Below, piece after piece: positions 47,609 to 57,879 of a stretch of 64,000 nucleotides of DNA; position 1 is the first letter of the stretch; each line of letters opens with the position of its first letter. The DNA lies in assembly GCA_016235455.1 (NCBI GenBank), contig JACRKZ010000012.1, positions 43,831-107,830 on the forward strand, read 5' to 3'. Source of the DNA: Armatimonadota bacterium. Its GTDB lineage: Bacteria; Armatimonadota; UBA10988. The notes beneath the pieces were generated by a model. It saw only the letters and a program-made list of their open reading frames with translations, did no database searches and had not been told where the DNA came from. Made by a program: the position numbers and the translations under genes.

Positions 47609-49293
47609 TGGGCAGCAACTTCGGATCGGCGATGGGGCGTCGCATCGCGCCGCTGCTGGCGGTCTTGGCGTTGTGGCTGCTGGGCACGGCCACGCTGGTC
47701 GCCTGGCTGAAGGCCGACAACTTCCCGCCGGCATGGGACGTGGCCTGGCACACGAGCTGGAGCCTCACCTACCGTGCCGCCTTCGACCACCAGAGCCTGT
47801 TCGGCAAGCTGTCCACGCTGGCCTCGGCCTCGCACTACTACCCGCCGTTGGTCCATGCCTGCGGCGCCTGGCTGCTGGGGCTGTTCGGCACGCTGTCGCC
47901 CAACTGGCCGGGCCTGAGCACGGCCGACGTTGTGGTGCTCACCAACATCGGCTTCATGGGCCTGATGCTGTTCGGCACCTATGCCGCCGCGAATCGGCTG
48001 TACGGCGCGCGCGCCGGTGTGGTCGCGGCATTCCTGGTGCTCACCTACCCCATTCTCGCCGGCCAGTCGCGGCTGTTCCTGCTGGACTATCCGCTTACCG
48101 GCCTGGCCGCCGTGGTCATGGCGTTGCTGTTGGCCAGCCGTGGGCTGACCCATCGTGGCTGGGTCTGGCCACTGGGCCTGGCGCTCGGGCTGGCCGTGCT
48201 GTGCAAGTGGTCGTTCGCCTTCCTGGTCTTCTGGCCTTTGGCCGTGGCGCTGGGCCAAGGCTGGCTCCGCCTGCGCTCGGGCGACGACGCCGAGCTGACT
48301 CCGACGCGGCTGATCTTCAACGTCGGTGCCGTGCTGGCCGCGGCGCTGGTGGTGGCCGGGCCGTGGTACCTGAGCCATCTGGGCGCGACGCTACACGAGC
48401 TGGGCCAGAGCGACCAGACCTGGCGAATCGACGGTGATCCGCTGTGGTGCTCGCCGGCCGGCCTGACCTACTATGCGCGTTGCCTGCTGTCGCAACAGAT
48501 CTTCCTGCCGCTGGCGCTGCTGGGTCTGGCCGGCACGGTGCGCGCCTGCCGGCGCTGGCATCGGCATGCGGGCACCGACCAGTTGTTGGCCTGGGTGGTG
48601 CTGGGCATGGTCATGCTGACGCCGGTGGCCAACAAGGACCCGCGCTTCTCCATGCCGCTGCTGCCGGCGCTGGCCGTGCTTACCGCCAGCCTGCTGGCCA
48701 GCGACGACGGACGCTGGCGGCCTTGGCAAGGTATCGTGGCCGCCGGCATCGTGCTGCTCGGGCTGCTACAATGGCAGGGCGTGGCCACGGGCATACCCGG
48801 TTTGCCGGCTCGCGTCGGCCCAGCCTGGGCGCCGTTCTATGCCCAAGAGCCCCACTTGGCGCGGCATCCGTCGCACGGCGAATGGCCGCATGAGGCGCTG
48901 GCGCGCGACATCGCGCGGGTCACGCCAGCCGGTGGGCGAGTGGGCGTCGTGCCCAACGCGCCGCTGGTCAGTGAACTGAGCGTGCGCTATTGGGTGCAGC
49001 GCCAGATGATGCCCTATCTGATGGACCGCGACCGCAGCCTGACCGTGGAGAAGGCCAGCCACCAGGGCCAGGCCGCCACGGTGGCCAGCCTGGTGGCCGA
49101 CCGGTACGACAGCCTGCTGCTGCTCACCGGCCGGCAGGGAGTTCATGCCGAGGTGGCCGAGGCGACCATGGCCAACCTGCGGCGAGACTGGAACCTGTTC
49201 GCCAAGAAGTACGCTTTGGTCAGCGAGTACAAGCTGCCCGAGGGTGAGACCATCAGCCTCTACGAGCTCCGCCTGACCGACGACAAGGACTGA
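47608..49293 (+). CDS. GT39/ArnT-like membrane glycosyltransferase
   Basis: PPAWDVAWH, YYPPL, SRLFLLDYPL, LCKWS, GPWY, NKDPRFSMPLLP; TGATG coupling. Confidence 0.85.
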   Translation: MGSNFGSAMGRRIAPLLAVLALWLLGTATLVAWLKADNFPPAWDVAWHTSWSLTYRAAFDHQSLFGKLSTLASASHYYPPLVHACGAWLLGLFGTLSPNWPGLSTADVVVLTNIGFMGLMLFGTYAAANRLYGARAGVVAAFLVLTYPILAGQSRLFLLDYPLTGLAAVVMALLLASRGLTHRGWVWPLGLALGLAVLCKWSFAFLVFWPLAVALGQGWLRLRSGDDAELTPTRLIFNVGAVLAAALVVAGPWYLSHLGATLHELGQSDQTWRIDGDPLWCSPAGLTYYARCLLSQQIFLPLALLGLAGTVRACRRWHRHAGTDQLLAWVVLGMVMLTPVANKDPRFSMPLLPALAVLTASLLASDDGRWRPWQGIVAAGIVLLGLLQWQGVATGIPGLPARVGPAWAPFYAQEPHLARHPSHGEWPHEALARDIARVTPAGGRVGVVPNAPLVSELSVRYWVQRQMMPYLMDRDRSLTVEKASHQGQAATVASLVADRYDSLLLLTGRQGVHAEVAEATMANLRRDWNLFAKKYALVSEYKLPEGETISLYELRLTDDKD

Positions 49294-49300
49294 CCTGCCG

Positions 49301-50761
49301 ATGCCCGAGCCCGAACTGCCCAGCACTCGCACACGCCGGCTGATGACCAACTCAGCCAAGGTTCTGGCCTCCCAGATCCTGGTGCGCGTGCTGTCGGTGG
49401 TGGCGCTGGTCTTGGTCGCCAACCGCGTCGAGGCCAAGACCTACGGCTTGTACAACAGCGCGCTCATCCTGGCCGGCAACTGGTCGGTCATGGCGCAGTT
49501 CGGCCTGCGCGTGCCGCTGCTGCGTGCCATGGCCCACCAGCCCGAGCGCTCCCGCGATATCCTGGCCCAGGTGCTGCTGCTGCGCGTGCTGTTTGGTCTG
49601 CTGACCGTCGGCCTGGCCGGCGCGTACGGGCTGCTCGAGTTCCACGGCGGGCGCGAACGCAGCATCTATGGCCTGCTGCTGCTGGCCAGCATCGCCAGCA
49701 GCCTGTCACTGACCTACGAGGAAGCGTTGCAGAGCCGCGACAGCTTCGGCCGCGCGGCGTGGGTGACGCTGCTCAACGGTCTGGCCGTCAATGCCGGCAT
49801 GATCATCGGCGCGCTGCTGGGCCGGCCCATCGCCTGGGCCGTGGGCAGCCAGCTGGCCGGCTCGGTGCTGTCGTTCGTCATGCTGGCGCGCTACTGCGCT
49901 CGCGAGTTCGAGGCTCGCCCGCTGCGGCTGTTCTGGGACCGCGCCATGGCCAGCGACCTGCTGCGGCTGGCCGCGGGAGCCGCCGTCACCATGTTCATCG
50001 GCGTGTGGTATGGCCGGGCCGACCTGCTCATGGCCCGCGCCTTCCTGACCGACACGCAGGTCGGGCAGTACAGCGTGCCGTTGCGCGCGCTGGACATGGC
50101 GCTGGCGGCGACCATGGCCTGCGCGGTCACCGCGCAGCCGTTGCTGTCGCGTTCGGCGGCGGCCGGCGACGGCTCGCACTACCGCCAGGCGGCGACGCTG
50201 TTGCGCGTCGGGGCGCTCATCTTCGTGCCCGCCTGCATCGTCGTGGGCGACCTGGCGTTTGTGCTGCTCAAGGTCTTCCGCCCCGAGTACCGGCAGGGCG
50301 CCGAGGCGCTGGGCGTGCTGTTCTGGGTCACGCTATGGACCTACTACGGCGCCATCATCCACCACCTGCTGTTCCTGGCCAACCGCGGCTGGTCGGTGGC
50401 CGCCTGCCTGCTGTGCGGACTGCTCACCTCGCTGGCCGTGGGCCTCTATGCCGTGCCGCGCTGGGGCATTACCGGCGCCGCCGCGGCGCGGCTGTCGGGC
50501 GAGATGGTCGTCTGCGCCGCCTCGGTCATCGCGCTGCGCCAACTGACGCGCATGGGCTGGACCACCATCGTGCTCAAGCCCGCGGGCATGGGCCTGGCCA
50601 TGGCCGCCGTGTGGATGCTGTGGCCCTATGGCCCGTGGTACTGGCGCTCACCGGCCAGTCTGGCCGTCTATGCGGTGCTGGCCTTCCTGGTGCAGCCGCT
50701 CTCGCGCGACGAGTGGCTGGCGATTCGCGGCGCGCTGAGCCGGCGTTCCGTGGTATCCTGA
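49301..50761 (+). CDS. wzx: Wzx-type oligosaccharide flippase
   Basis: RRLMTNSAKV..., YGLYNS, VGQYSVP, PRWGITGAAAA; roughly 12-14 TMs. Confidence 0.85.
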   Translation: MPEPELPSTRTRRLMTNSAKVLASQILVRVLSVVALVLVANRVEAKTYGLYNSALILAGNWSVMAQFGLRVPLLRAMAHQPERSRDILAQVLLLRVLFGLLTVGLAGAYGLLEFHGGRERSIYGLLLLASIASSLSLTYEEALQSRDSFGRAAWVTLLNGLAVNAGMIIGALLGRPIAWAVGSQLAGSVLSFVMLARYCAREFEARPLRLFWDRAMASDLLRLAAGAAVTMFIGVWYGRADLLMARAFLTDTQVGQYSVPLRALDMALAATMACAVTAQPLLSRSAAAGDGSHYRQAATLLRVGALIFVPACIVVGDLAFVLLKVFRPEYRQGAEALGVLFWVTLWTYYGAIIHHLLFLANRGWSVAACLLCGLLTSLAVGLYAVPRWGITGAAAARLSGEMVVCAASVIALRQLTRMGWTTIVLKPAGMGLAMAAVWMLWPYGPWYWRSPASLAVYAVLAFLVQPLSRDEWLAIRGALSRRSVVS

Positions 50762-50783
50762 CCGCTGTCGAGGGGCCGTCACG

Positions 50784-51689
50784 GTGTCTCCAACTGCCAG
50801 CCTGGGCGTGTCCATCTGCATCGTGGCCTACAACTCCCTGGACAAGCTGCGCGCCTGCCTCGACAGCATCCTCGCCCAGTCCACGCCGCGCGCCGTCGAG
50901 ACCATTCTGGTCGACAATGCCTCCGCCGAACCGGTGGCTGCCGCCGTGGCCGCCGAGTATCCGTGGGTCCGGTTGACCGCCAACACCGACAACCTTGGCT
51001 TTGCCGGCGGCACCAATCTGGCGGTGAGCAAGGCGTCCCACGCCTTGCGACTGCTACTCAACCCCGACACCGTGCTGCCCGAGCCGGACACGCTGGAGCG
51101 CTACTGCGCGGCGTTCGAGGCCGAGCCGGGGCTCGGCGCGCTGGGCTGCCACCTGCAGTATCCCGACGGCACCACGCAGGCCATCGTCGGCTATCGGCCG
51201 ACGGCCGGCTGGATGATCCGCGATCTGCTGCACTGCGCGCCGCGCCGACCGGCCCTGCCCGCCGGCGACGGCGTGCTGCCCACCGAGTTCATCAGCGGTG
51301 CGGCGCTGCTCACCTCGGCGGCCACCTGGCAGGCGGTTGGCCCGCTCGATGAGGGCTACTTCATGTACTTCGAGGATGTCGACTGGTGCCGCCGCGCCGA
51401 GCGGCTGGGCTATCGGCTGGCGGCGGCGCCGGGCATCGTCATCGTCCACCATGAGGGCGCCAGCTACGGCGGCCGCGAATTCATCCGGCGCGAGCATTTC
51501 TGGCGGGCCCTGGTGCGCTACCTGCGGCGGCACGACGGCGCTGCCGCGGCCGGGGCGCTGCGCGTGGTGCTGGCCCTGGGCGCGCTGGTCAAGCTGCCCC
51601 TGACCGCATTGGGGGATCGCTCGCCCCAGCGCGCGGCCCGGCTCGGCCTGCTCCGCGCACAACTGCGCCTGGGACTGTGGGGTCCGTGA
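50784..51689 (+). CDS. GT2 glycosyltransferase (WbbL-like)
   Basis: SICIVAYN, VDNAS, NLGFAGGTN, LLNPD, YFMYFEDVDWC. Confidence 0.92.
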   Translation: MSPTASLGVSICIVAYNSLDKLRACLDSILAQSTPRAVETILVDNASAEPVAAAVAAEYPWVRLTANTDNLGFAGGTNLAVSKASHALRLLLNPDTVLPEPDTLERYCAAFEAEPGLGALGCHLQYPDGTTQAIVGYRPTAGWMIRDLLHCAPRRPALPAGDGVLPTEFISGAALLTSAATWQAVGPLDEGYFMYFEDVDWCRRAERLGYRLAAAPGIVIVHHEGASYGGREFIRREHFWRALVRYLRRHDGAAAAGALRVVLALGALVKLPLTALGDRSPQRAARLGLLRAQLRLGLWGP

Positions 51690-52468
51690 TGCCAACGCTC
51701 TCCGCCGTGCTCATCGTCCGCAACGAAGAGGCCGTGCTGCCGCGCTGCCTGGCCAGCCTGGCCGGCTGGGTCGACGAGATCGTCGTGGTCGACGACCACA
51801 GCACCGACGCCAGCGCCGAGTTGGCCCGCGCCGCCGGCGCCAAGGTGGTGCAGCGACGGCTCGACCGGTTCGACGTGCAGCGCAACTTCGGCGTGGCGCA
51901 GTCGACCGGCGAGTGGATCCTCAGCATCGACGCCGACGAGGTGGTCACACCGGCCCTGGCGCGCGAGATCCGCGAGGTCATCGCCGCGGCCGACGCGGCG
52001 GACATCTACGGGGTGCCCTTCCTGCACCGCATGTTCGGCCGCTGGCCGCGCCATGGCGGTTGGCAGGAGCCGCTGCGACGGCTCTACCGGCGTGAGGTGC
52101 GCTGGGCGGGCGCGGTGCATGAGCGCGTGGCCCAGGGCTGGCGCGAGGGTGTGCTGACCAGCCCCATCCTGCACTGGTCGCACCAGGACATCGGCGAGTT
52201 CCTGGCCAAGCTCAACCGCTACACCGACGACGAGGCGCGTGCCCGCGCCGCCGAAGGGGCACGCTACTCGGGCGCCAAGCTGCTGCTCTCGCCGCTGCGC
52301 GACTTTTGGCGGCGCTACGTGCGGCTTGGCGGCTATCGCGACGGCGCGGTCGGCCTGGTGTTGGCCGGGCTCATGGCCTGCTATGTCTTCGTCGTGCGCG
52401 CCAAGACCTGGGAACAGCTCAATCCCGCTGATGACCCGGCCCCGACCGACTGGGAGTCGCCGGCATGA
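51689..52468 (+). CDS. GT2 glycosyltransferase (LPS core beta-1,4-glucosyltransferase-like)
   Basis: VRNEE, VDDHSTD, QRNFG, IDADE, VHE, KLNRYT, GYRDG. Confidence 0.9.
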   Translation: MPTLSAVLIVRNEEAVLPRCLASLAGWVDEIVVVDDHSTDASAELARAAGAKVVQRRLDRFDVQRNFGVAQSTGEWILSIDADEVVTPALAREIREVIAAADAADIYGVPFLHRMFGRWPRHGGWQEPLRRLYRREVRWAGAVHERVAQGWREGVLTSPILHWSHQDIGEFLAKLNRYTDDEARARAAEGARYSGAKLLLSPLRDFWRRYVRLGGYRDGAVGLVLAGLMACYVFVVRAKTWEQLNPADDPAPTDWESPA

Positions 52469-53373
52469 GCGTGGACGTCTCGGTCATCATCGTCAACTGG
52501 AACACGCGCGAACTGACCCTTGAGGCGGTGGACAGCGTGCTGGGCCAGCAGTTCGACGGCACCGTCGAGGTGATCGTGGTCGACAACGGCTCGGCGGATG
52601 GCACCGTGGAGGCGCTGGCCGGCCGACCCGGGGTGCGCACGATCGCCAGCCCTATCAACTCCGGCTATGCCGGCGGCAACAATCTGGGCCTCGCGCGCGC
52701 GCGCGGCGAGTACACGCTGCTGCTCAACAGCGATGCCGTGCTGACGCCGGGCGCCCTGCAGGCCCTGGTGGACGATGCGCGGGCGCACCCCGAGGCCGGT
52801 GCGATCGGGCCGCGAGTGGTCTATCCCGACGGGCGGGTGCAGTACACTTGGGACTACCTGCCGTCGCTGGGCGCCGAGCTGTGGCTGGTGCTGGTCGGGC
52901 GGCGGCGCATCGGCTCGCCTGCCTGGCAGGCGGAAGTGCTGAGTTGGCGCGAGTCGCGGCCGGTACGCGCCATCTCGCTGGCCTGCCTGATGGTGCCGAG
53001 CCGGGTCTGGCGACGCATCGGGCTGCTGGCGACCGAGCCGTTCCTCTACTTCGAGGAGGCCGACCTGACGGTCCGGCTCATCGCCGCGGGCTACGGCATG
53101 AGGCTGGTGCCCGAGTCCAAGGTGATTCATCGTGAAGCCCAAAGCACGGGTCAAGTGCCACACCGCCGACGTGTGGCACACTATCGGAGCCGGCTCTGGT
53201 ACTACGAGACGCACCGCGGTCGACTGGCCGCGGGTCTGATACGGTTTCTGTCGCGCGCGCGCGCCTGTCTGGGCCTGGCCCTGGGCGGCGCCGAGGCCAA
53301 GGAGTCGCTCTGGCGCCCCATCTTGGCCCAGGCCAGACGACCCGCCGAGGCGCGTCGCGGCCCGACGGTGTGA
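52465..53373 (+). CDS. GT2 glycosyltransferase (WbbL-like)
   Basis: SVIIVNWN, VDNGSADG, GYAGGNN, LLNSD, FLYFEEAD. Confidence 0.92.
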   Translation: MSVDVSVIIVNWNTRELTLEAVDSVLGQQFDGTVEVIVVDNGSADGTVEALAGRPGVRTIASPINSGYAGGNNLGLARARGEYTLLLNSDAVLTPGALQALVDDARAHPEAGAIGPRVVYPDGRVQYTWDYLPSLGAELWLVLVGRRRIGSPAWQAEVLSWRESRPVRAISLACLMVPSRVWRRIGLLATEPFLYFEEADLTVRLIAAGYGMRLVPESKVIHREAQSTGQVPHRRRVAHYRSRLWYYETHRGRLAAGLIRFLSRARACLGLALGGAEAKESLWRPILAQARRPAEARRGPTV

Positions 53374-53394
53374 GAAGAACGGAAGGAGACGCCC

Positions 53395-54315
53395 ATGCGG
53401 GCATTGGTGACGGGTGGCGCGGGGTTCATTGGTTCGCACATCTGCGAGCAGCTGATCGCGCGCGGTGACGAGGTCCATATCCTTGACGATCTGAGCAACG
53501 GCAAACTGGCCAATGTGGCGCCCGGCGCGACGCTGCACGAAGGCAGCCTGTGCGATGCGGAGTTCACGGCGGCAACCGTGGCCGCGGTCAAGCCCGACGT
53601 GATCTTCCACCTGGCCGCGCAGGTCAGCGTGATCGACTCGCTCAAGGACATGCACAACGACCTGCAGCGCAACGTGGGCGGCGCGATCAATCTGATCCTC
53701 GCCTGCCGCGCCAACGGCCAGCCCAAGATCGTCTACAGCAGCACCGGCGGCGCCATCTACGGCGACCCGAAGGTGGAAGACCTGCCCGTGGACGAGACCT
53801 ATCCGGCGCTGCCTCTCTCGCCCTACGGCCTGACCAAGCACACCGTTGAGCGCTACCTGGGCCTGGAGGCCCTGGTCCACGGCCAGCCATACACGGTGGT
53901 GCGCTTTGCCAACGTCTACGGCCCGCGCCAGGACCCGCACGGCGAGGCCGGCGTGGTGGCCATCTTCACCCGCCGCATCCTCGACGGCGGCGGGTGCACC
54001 GTGTTTGGTGACGGCGAACAGACCCGCGACTTCGTCTACGTGGGCGACGTGGCCCGCGCCTGCATCGCGGCCGCCGACGCGCCCGACGGCGAGATCTTCA
54101 ACGTCGGCACCGGGCAGGAGACCACCGTCAATCAGGTCGTCGCCGCCCTGCGCGCCGCCTGGGACGGCGAGATGAACGTGCAGAACGCGCCGGCCCGGCC
54201 GGGCGAAGTGCAGCGCATCTCGCTCGACATCACCAAGGCCGAAAAGGTCATGGGCTGGAAGCCGCAGGTCGGCTTCGTCGAGGGCATCCAGATGACAGTG
54301 GACTCTTTCCGCTGA
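53395..54315 (+). CDS. NAD-dependent epimerase/dehydratase (UDP-glucose 4-epimerase-like)
   Basis: TGGAGFIG, HLAAQ, SSTGGAIYG, YGLTK (YxxxK), NVYGPRQ, GDGEQTRDFVYV. Confidence 0.95.
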   Translation: MRALVTGGAGFIGSHICEQLIARGDEVHILDDLSNGKLANVAPGATLHEGSLCDAEFTAATVAAVKPDVIFHLAAQVSVIDSLKDMHNDLQRNVGGAINLILACRANGQPKIVYSSTGGAIYGDPKVEDLPVDETYPALPLSPYGLTKHTVERYLGLEALVHGQPYTVVRFANVYGPRQDPHGEAGVVAIFTRRILDGGGCTVFGDGEQTRDFVYVGDVARACIAAADAPDGEIFNVGTGQETTVNQVVAALRAAWDGEMNVQNAPARPGEVQRISLDITKAEKVMGWKPQVGFVEGIQMTVDSFR

Positions 54316-54340
54316 ATCTGGTCACAATAGGTGAGGCGTT

Positions 54341-54412
54341 GCGGAGACGAGGTGCGCCGGCTTGAGGCCGGGATCGTGTGGGCCGGTCCAGGCCGGCGCA
54401 CCTCGTCTCCGC
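54341..54412. repeat. 72-nt intergenic hairpin inside the glycan operon
   Basis: Perfect 21-bp IR GCGGAGACGAGGTGCGCCGGC (54341-54361) / GCCGGCGCACCTCGTCTCCGC (54392-54412). Confidence 0.85.
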
Positions 54413-54433
54413 GGGCTCGCTCCCGTGAGGTCC

Positions 54434-55522
54434 ATGAACATCCTCATCGTCAAGCTCGGCGCCATCAGCGACGTGATGTTTGCCACGCCGCTGGTGGAGG
54501 CCGTCAAGACGCTGGTGGATGACCCCGTCATCGACTGGCTGGTGGGCAGCCATGCCGAGCCCATCCTGCGCGGGTACCCTGGCCTGCGCAAGCGCATCGT
54601 CTACGACCGGCTGCTGAGCGGCGGGCTGTATGGCTGGGCCATGTCGCTGGGCCGGCTCATCCGCCTGTGGCGCTCCAACTACGAACTGGTCTTCCTGCTC
54701 GAACGCGGACCCGCCGCCCAGGTCATGGCCGGCCTCACGGAGTCGCCGGTGCGCGTCGGCTTCGAGGGACACCTGGCACGCATGTGCCTGACCCATACCA
54801 TCCCGTTCGGCACGGGCATCCACGAGACCGAGCGCTACCTCAACCTGCTGCGCGGCCTGGGCTACGAGGTGGCCAGCCCGCCCATGCACCTCGGCCTGAC
54901 CGAAGAGGCGCAGGTCGTGGTCGAGTTGCTGCTCGACGAGGAAGAGGTGGAGCCGCCGTACATCGCCGTGGTGCCTGGCGGCGGGCGCAATCCGTTCACC
55001 ACGACGCTGATCAAGCGCTGGATGCCTGAGTCGTATGCCGCCGTGGCGCACGGCCTGGCCGAGCGCGGCACGGTCATCGTGGTCGGCTCGCCCGACGAAG
55101 CCGAGGCGTGTGAACTGGTAGCCAAGGCCGCCGGCCCGCGCGCGGTGAACACCTGTGGCCGGCTCAACCAGCCGCAGATGGCCGCCATGCTGGCGCGCTG
55201 CGCGGTGGTGGTCACCAACGACAGCGGACCCCTGCACATCGCCGCGGCCGTGCACACGCCGACCGTCTCCATCTTCGGACCCACCGACCCGCGACTGCGG
55301 GCGCCGCTGGGCGATATGCACCGCTACCTGTGGCGCCCGCCGCCCTGCGGGCCGTGCGCGCTGCCCGAGCAGGTCGGGCGTCGGCACAACTGGGACTGCA
55401 CGCGTCGCGGCGACGAACTGGCCTGCCTGCGCGCGGTCACGCCCGAGTTGGTGTTGCAGGCCGTGGACGAGACTCTGGCGGGTATCCCCTGGCCCGGCCA
55501 TGAACCCTTCTGGCGAGACTGA
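54434..55522 (+). CDS. GT9 glycosyltransferase (LPS heptosyltransferase family)
   Basis: ILIVKLGAISDV, HETERY, KRW, VTNDSGPLHIAAA, IFGPT. Confidence 0.92.
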   Translation: MNILIVKLGAISDVMFATPLVEAVKTLVDDPVIDWLVGSHAEPILRGYPGLRKRIVYDRLLSGGLYGWAMSLGRLIRLWRSNYELVFLLERGPAAQVMAGLTESPVRVGFEGHLARMCLTHTIPFGTGIHETERYLNLLRGLGYEVASPPMHLGLTEEAQVVVELLLDEEEVEPPYIAVVPGGGRNPFTTTLIKRWMPESYAAVAHGLAERGTVIVVGSPDEAEACELVAKAAGPRAVNTCGRLNQPQMAAMLARCAVVVTNDSGPLHIAAAVHTPTVSIFGPTDPRLRAPLGDMHRYLWRPPPCGPCALPEQVGRRHNWDCTRRGDELACLRAVTPELVLQAVDETLAGIPWPGHEPFWRD

Positions 55523-55525
55523 TCG

Positions 55526-56635
55526 ATGCGTGTCGTACTGCCGGCCTGGCGTCTGCTCTCCCCGCGCGGTGGCGTGGGCAAGAACCTCTGGTACCTGCTG
55601 CGCGAGTTTGCGCTGCAGGCGCCAGACGATGAGTTCATCGTGCTGCACGACGGCCCGCAGGCCGACCTGCCCCAGGCGCCCAACCTCAGCGCGGCGCAGT
55701 TGCGCGCGCCGCTGCTGGAGAACAACCTCACCTGGAACGAGTGCGCCCTGCCGTGGGCCCTGCGCCGCTACCGGCCCGACCTGGTCCACAACATCTCCTA
55801 CACGCTGCCTTGCGCCGTGCGCGGCCCGAGCGTGGTCACCGTCCACGACGTCTCCTACGCGCGGCATCCCGAGTGGTTCCCCGCCAAGGCCGGCGCCTAC
55901 CTGCGCTGGGGCACCGCCCAGGCCGCCCGGCGCGCGCGCCTCATCATCACCGACTCGGAGTTCAGCGCGGGTGAGATCGCCCAGGTCTACCATGTGCCGC
56001 GCGAGCGCATCGAAGTCGTGCCGCTGGCCACCGACGCCATCTTCGCGCCGCGGAGCGACCTGACCGGCGTGCGCCGCCGCTATGGGCTGCCCGCGCGGTA
56101 CGTGCTGTATGTCGGCGGCATCCACACCCGCCGGCGACTGCCGCTGCTGCTGCGGGCCTGCGCCCAGGTGCTGCCGACGCGCGACGCACACCTGGTGGTG
56201 GTGGGCCCCTCCAGCGGCGACGGCTTCGACGCACGGGCCGAGGCCGACCGGCTGGGTCTGGCCGAGCGTGTCACGCTGCTGGGGTTTGTGCCCGAGGAGG
56301 ACCTGCCGGGCCTCTACGGCGCCGCCGCCGCGTTCGCGTGGCCGGCAGTCTATGAGGGCTTCGGCCTGCCACCGCTGGAGGCACTGGCGTGCGGCACGCC
56401 GACGGTAGTGGCCAATGCCGGCTCCCTGCCCGAAGTGGTGGGCGACGCCGCGCTGCTGGCCGAGCCGGACAACGCCGACGCGCTGGCCGATGCCCTGGCC
56501 CGGCTGCTGGACGACCGTGACCTGGCCGCCCGGCTGGCCGCCGCCGGGCCCGAGCGCGCCGCTCGCTACTCCTGGGCCGAGACGGCGCGGCGCACGCTGG
56601 CCGTCTACCGCCGCTGTCTCGCGGCCGGAGTCTGA
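55526..56635 (+). CDS. GT4 glycosyltransferase
   Basis: VVTVHD, YEGFGLPPLEALACGTP, SLPEVVGDA, YSWAETARRT. Confidence 0.93.
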   Translation: MRVVLPAWRLLSPRGGVGKNLWYLLREFALQAPDDEFIVLHDGPQADLPQAPNLSAAQLRAPLLENNLTWNECALPWALRRYRPDLVHNISYTLPCAVRGPSVVTVHDVSYARHPEWFPAKAGAYLRWGTAQAARRARLIITDSEFSAGEIAQVYHVPRERIEVVPLATDAIFAPRSDLTGVRRRYGLPARYVLYVGGIHTRRRLPLLLRACAQVLPTRDAHLVVVGPSSGDGFDARAEADRLGLAERVTLLGFVPEEDLPGLYGAAAAFAWPAVYEGFGLPPLEALACGTPTVVANAGSLPEVVGDAALLAEPDNADALADALARLLDDRDLAARLAAAGPERAARYSWAETARRTLAVYRRCLAAGV

Positions 56636-56682
56636 GGCACAATCACCATGGGCGACCAAAGGTCGCCGCCGAGGAGCCCGCC

Positions 56683-57879
56683 ATGGATCCGCGCGAAGCA
56701 AGGCGTGTTGAGGCTCTGACCCAGCGGCTGTGTGCCATGACGCGCTGTGCGCCGAACCTGGTGCATGTGGTGCGCTCGCCGTTGCGTATCTGCCCGTTGG
56801 GCGCCCATGTCGATCATCAACTCGGCCGCGTCACCGGCTTCGCGCTTGACCAGGCCCTGCTGCTGGCCTACGTGCCCGACCCCGGCGGCCGCGTGCGGCT
56901 GGCCAGCGACGACTTCCCCGGCGAGGTCAGCTTCGACCTGGAGGCCATCGAGCCAGCGCAACCTGGCGACTGGGGCAACTATCCGCGCGGCGCGGCGCAG
57001 GTCTTGCGCGAGACCTTCGGCATCACCCGCGGCTTGACCGGCGTGCTGGGCGGACCCATGCCCATCGGTGGGCTCAGTTCCTCGGCGGCGGTCGACGTGG
57101 CCTATCTGCTAGCGCTGCAACAGGCCAACGGCCTCAGTGTGGAGCCGGCCGACAACGTGCGCCTGGCCCAGCGCATCGAGAACGACTACATCGGCCTGCA
57201 CAACGGCGTGCTCGACCAGTCGATGATCCTGCTGAGCCGGCGCGGCGCGCTGACCTGTCTGGACTGCCTCGATGGCGGGGTGACGCATATCCCAAACCCG
57301 ATGGGTCGCCGGTTCGACCTGCTGGTGGTGTTCAGCGGCATCAGCCGCTCGCTGGTGGGCACCGACTACAACCGCCGCGTAGCCGAATGCGGCGAGGCGG
57401 CGCGCCTGCTGCTGGCCCGCGCCGGCCTGCCCGCGGACGATGCCTCGCGCCTGCGCCATGTGCCGCGCGAAGCGGCCGAGGTGGACGCGTTGCCCGAGCC
57501 CTTGGCCCGGCGCGCCCGGCACTTCTTTGGCGAGATGGACCGTGTGGAGGCCGGCGCGCAGGCCTGGGCCGCGGGCGACCTGGAGTCCTTCGGCCGGCTC
57601 ATGCGCGAATCGGGCGAGAGTTCCATCGCCAACTACGAGTGCGGAAGCCCGCATCTGGTGACGCTCCATGCTACACTGAACGCCATTCCGGGTGTCTGGG
57701 GCGCACGCTTCTGCGGTGCAGGGTTCGGCGGCTCGGCCGTGGCCCTGGCGCATCCCGACGCGCGCGAGCGCATCGTCGCCGTGGTCAACCGGACCTATCC
57801 CAAGGAGCATCCCGACGTGAAGTCCAGCTTCAGCCTGCACTTTGTGGCCACCACCGATGCAGCCGAGGTGCTGCGATGA
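56683..57879 (+). CDS. GHMP sugar kinase, galacturonokinase-like
   Basis: SPLRICPLGAHVDHQ, GGLSSSAA, NGVLDQ, YNRRVAEC, SIANYECG, GARFCGAGFGG. Confidence 0.88.
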   Translation: MDPREARRVEALTQRLCAMTRCAPNLVHVVRSPLRICPLGAHVDHQLGRVTGFALDQALLLAYVPDPGGRVRLASDDFPGEVSFDLEAIEPAQPGDWGNYPRGAAQVLRETFGITRGLTGVLGGPMPIGGLSSSAAVDVAYLLALQQANGLSVEPADNVRLAQRIENDYIGLHNGVLDQSMILLSRRGALTCLDCLDGGVTHIPNPMGRRFDLLVVFSGISRSLVGTDYNRRVAECGEAARLLLARAGLPADDASRLRHVPREAAEVDALPEPLARRARHFFGEMDRVEAGAQAWAAGDLESFGRLMRESGESSIANYECGSPHLVTLHATLNAIPGVWGARFCGAGFGGSAVALAHPDARERIVAVVNRTYPKEHPDVKSSFSLHFVATTDAAEVLR

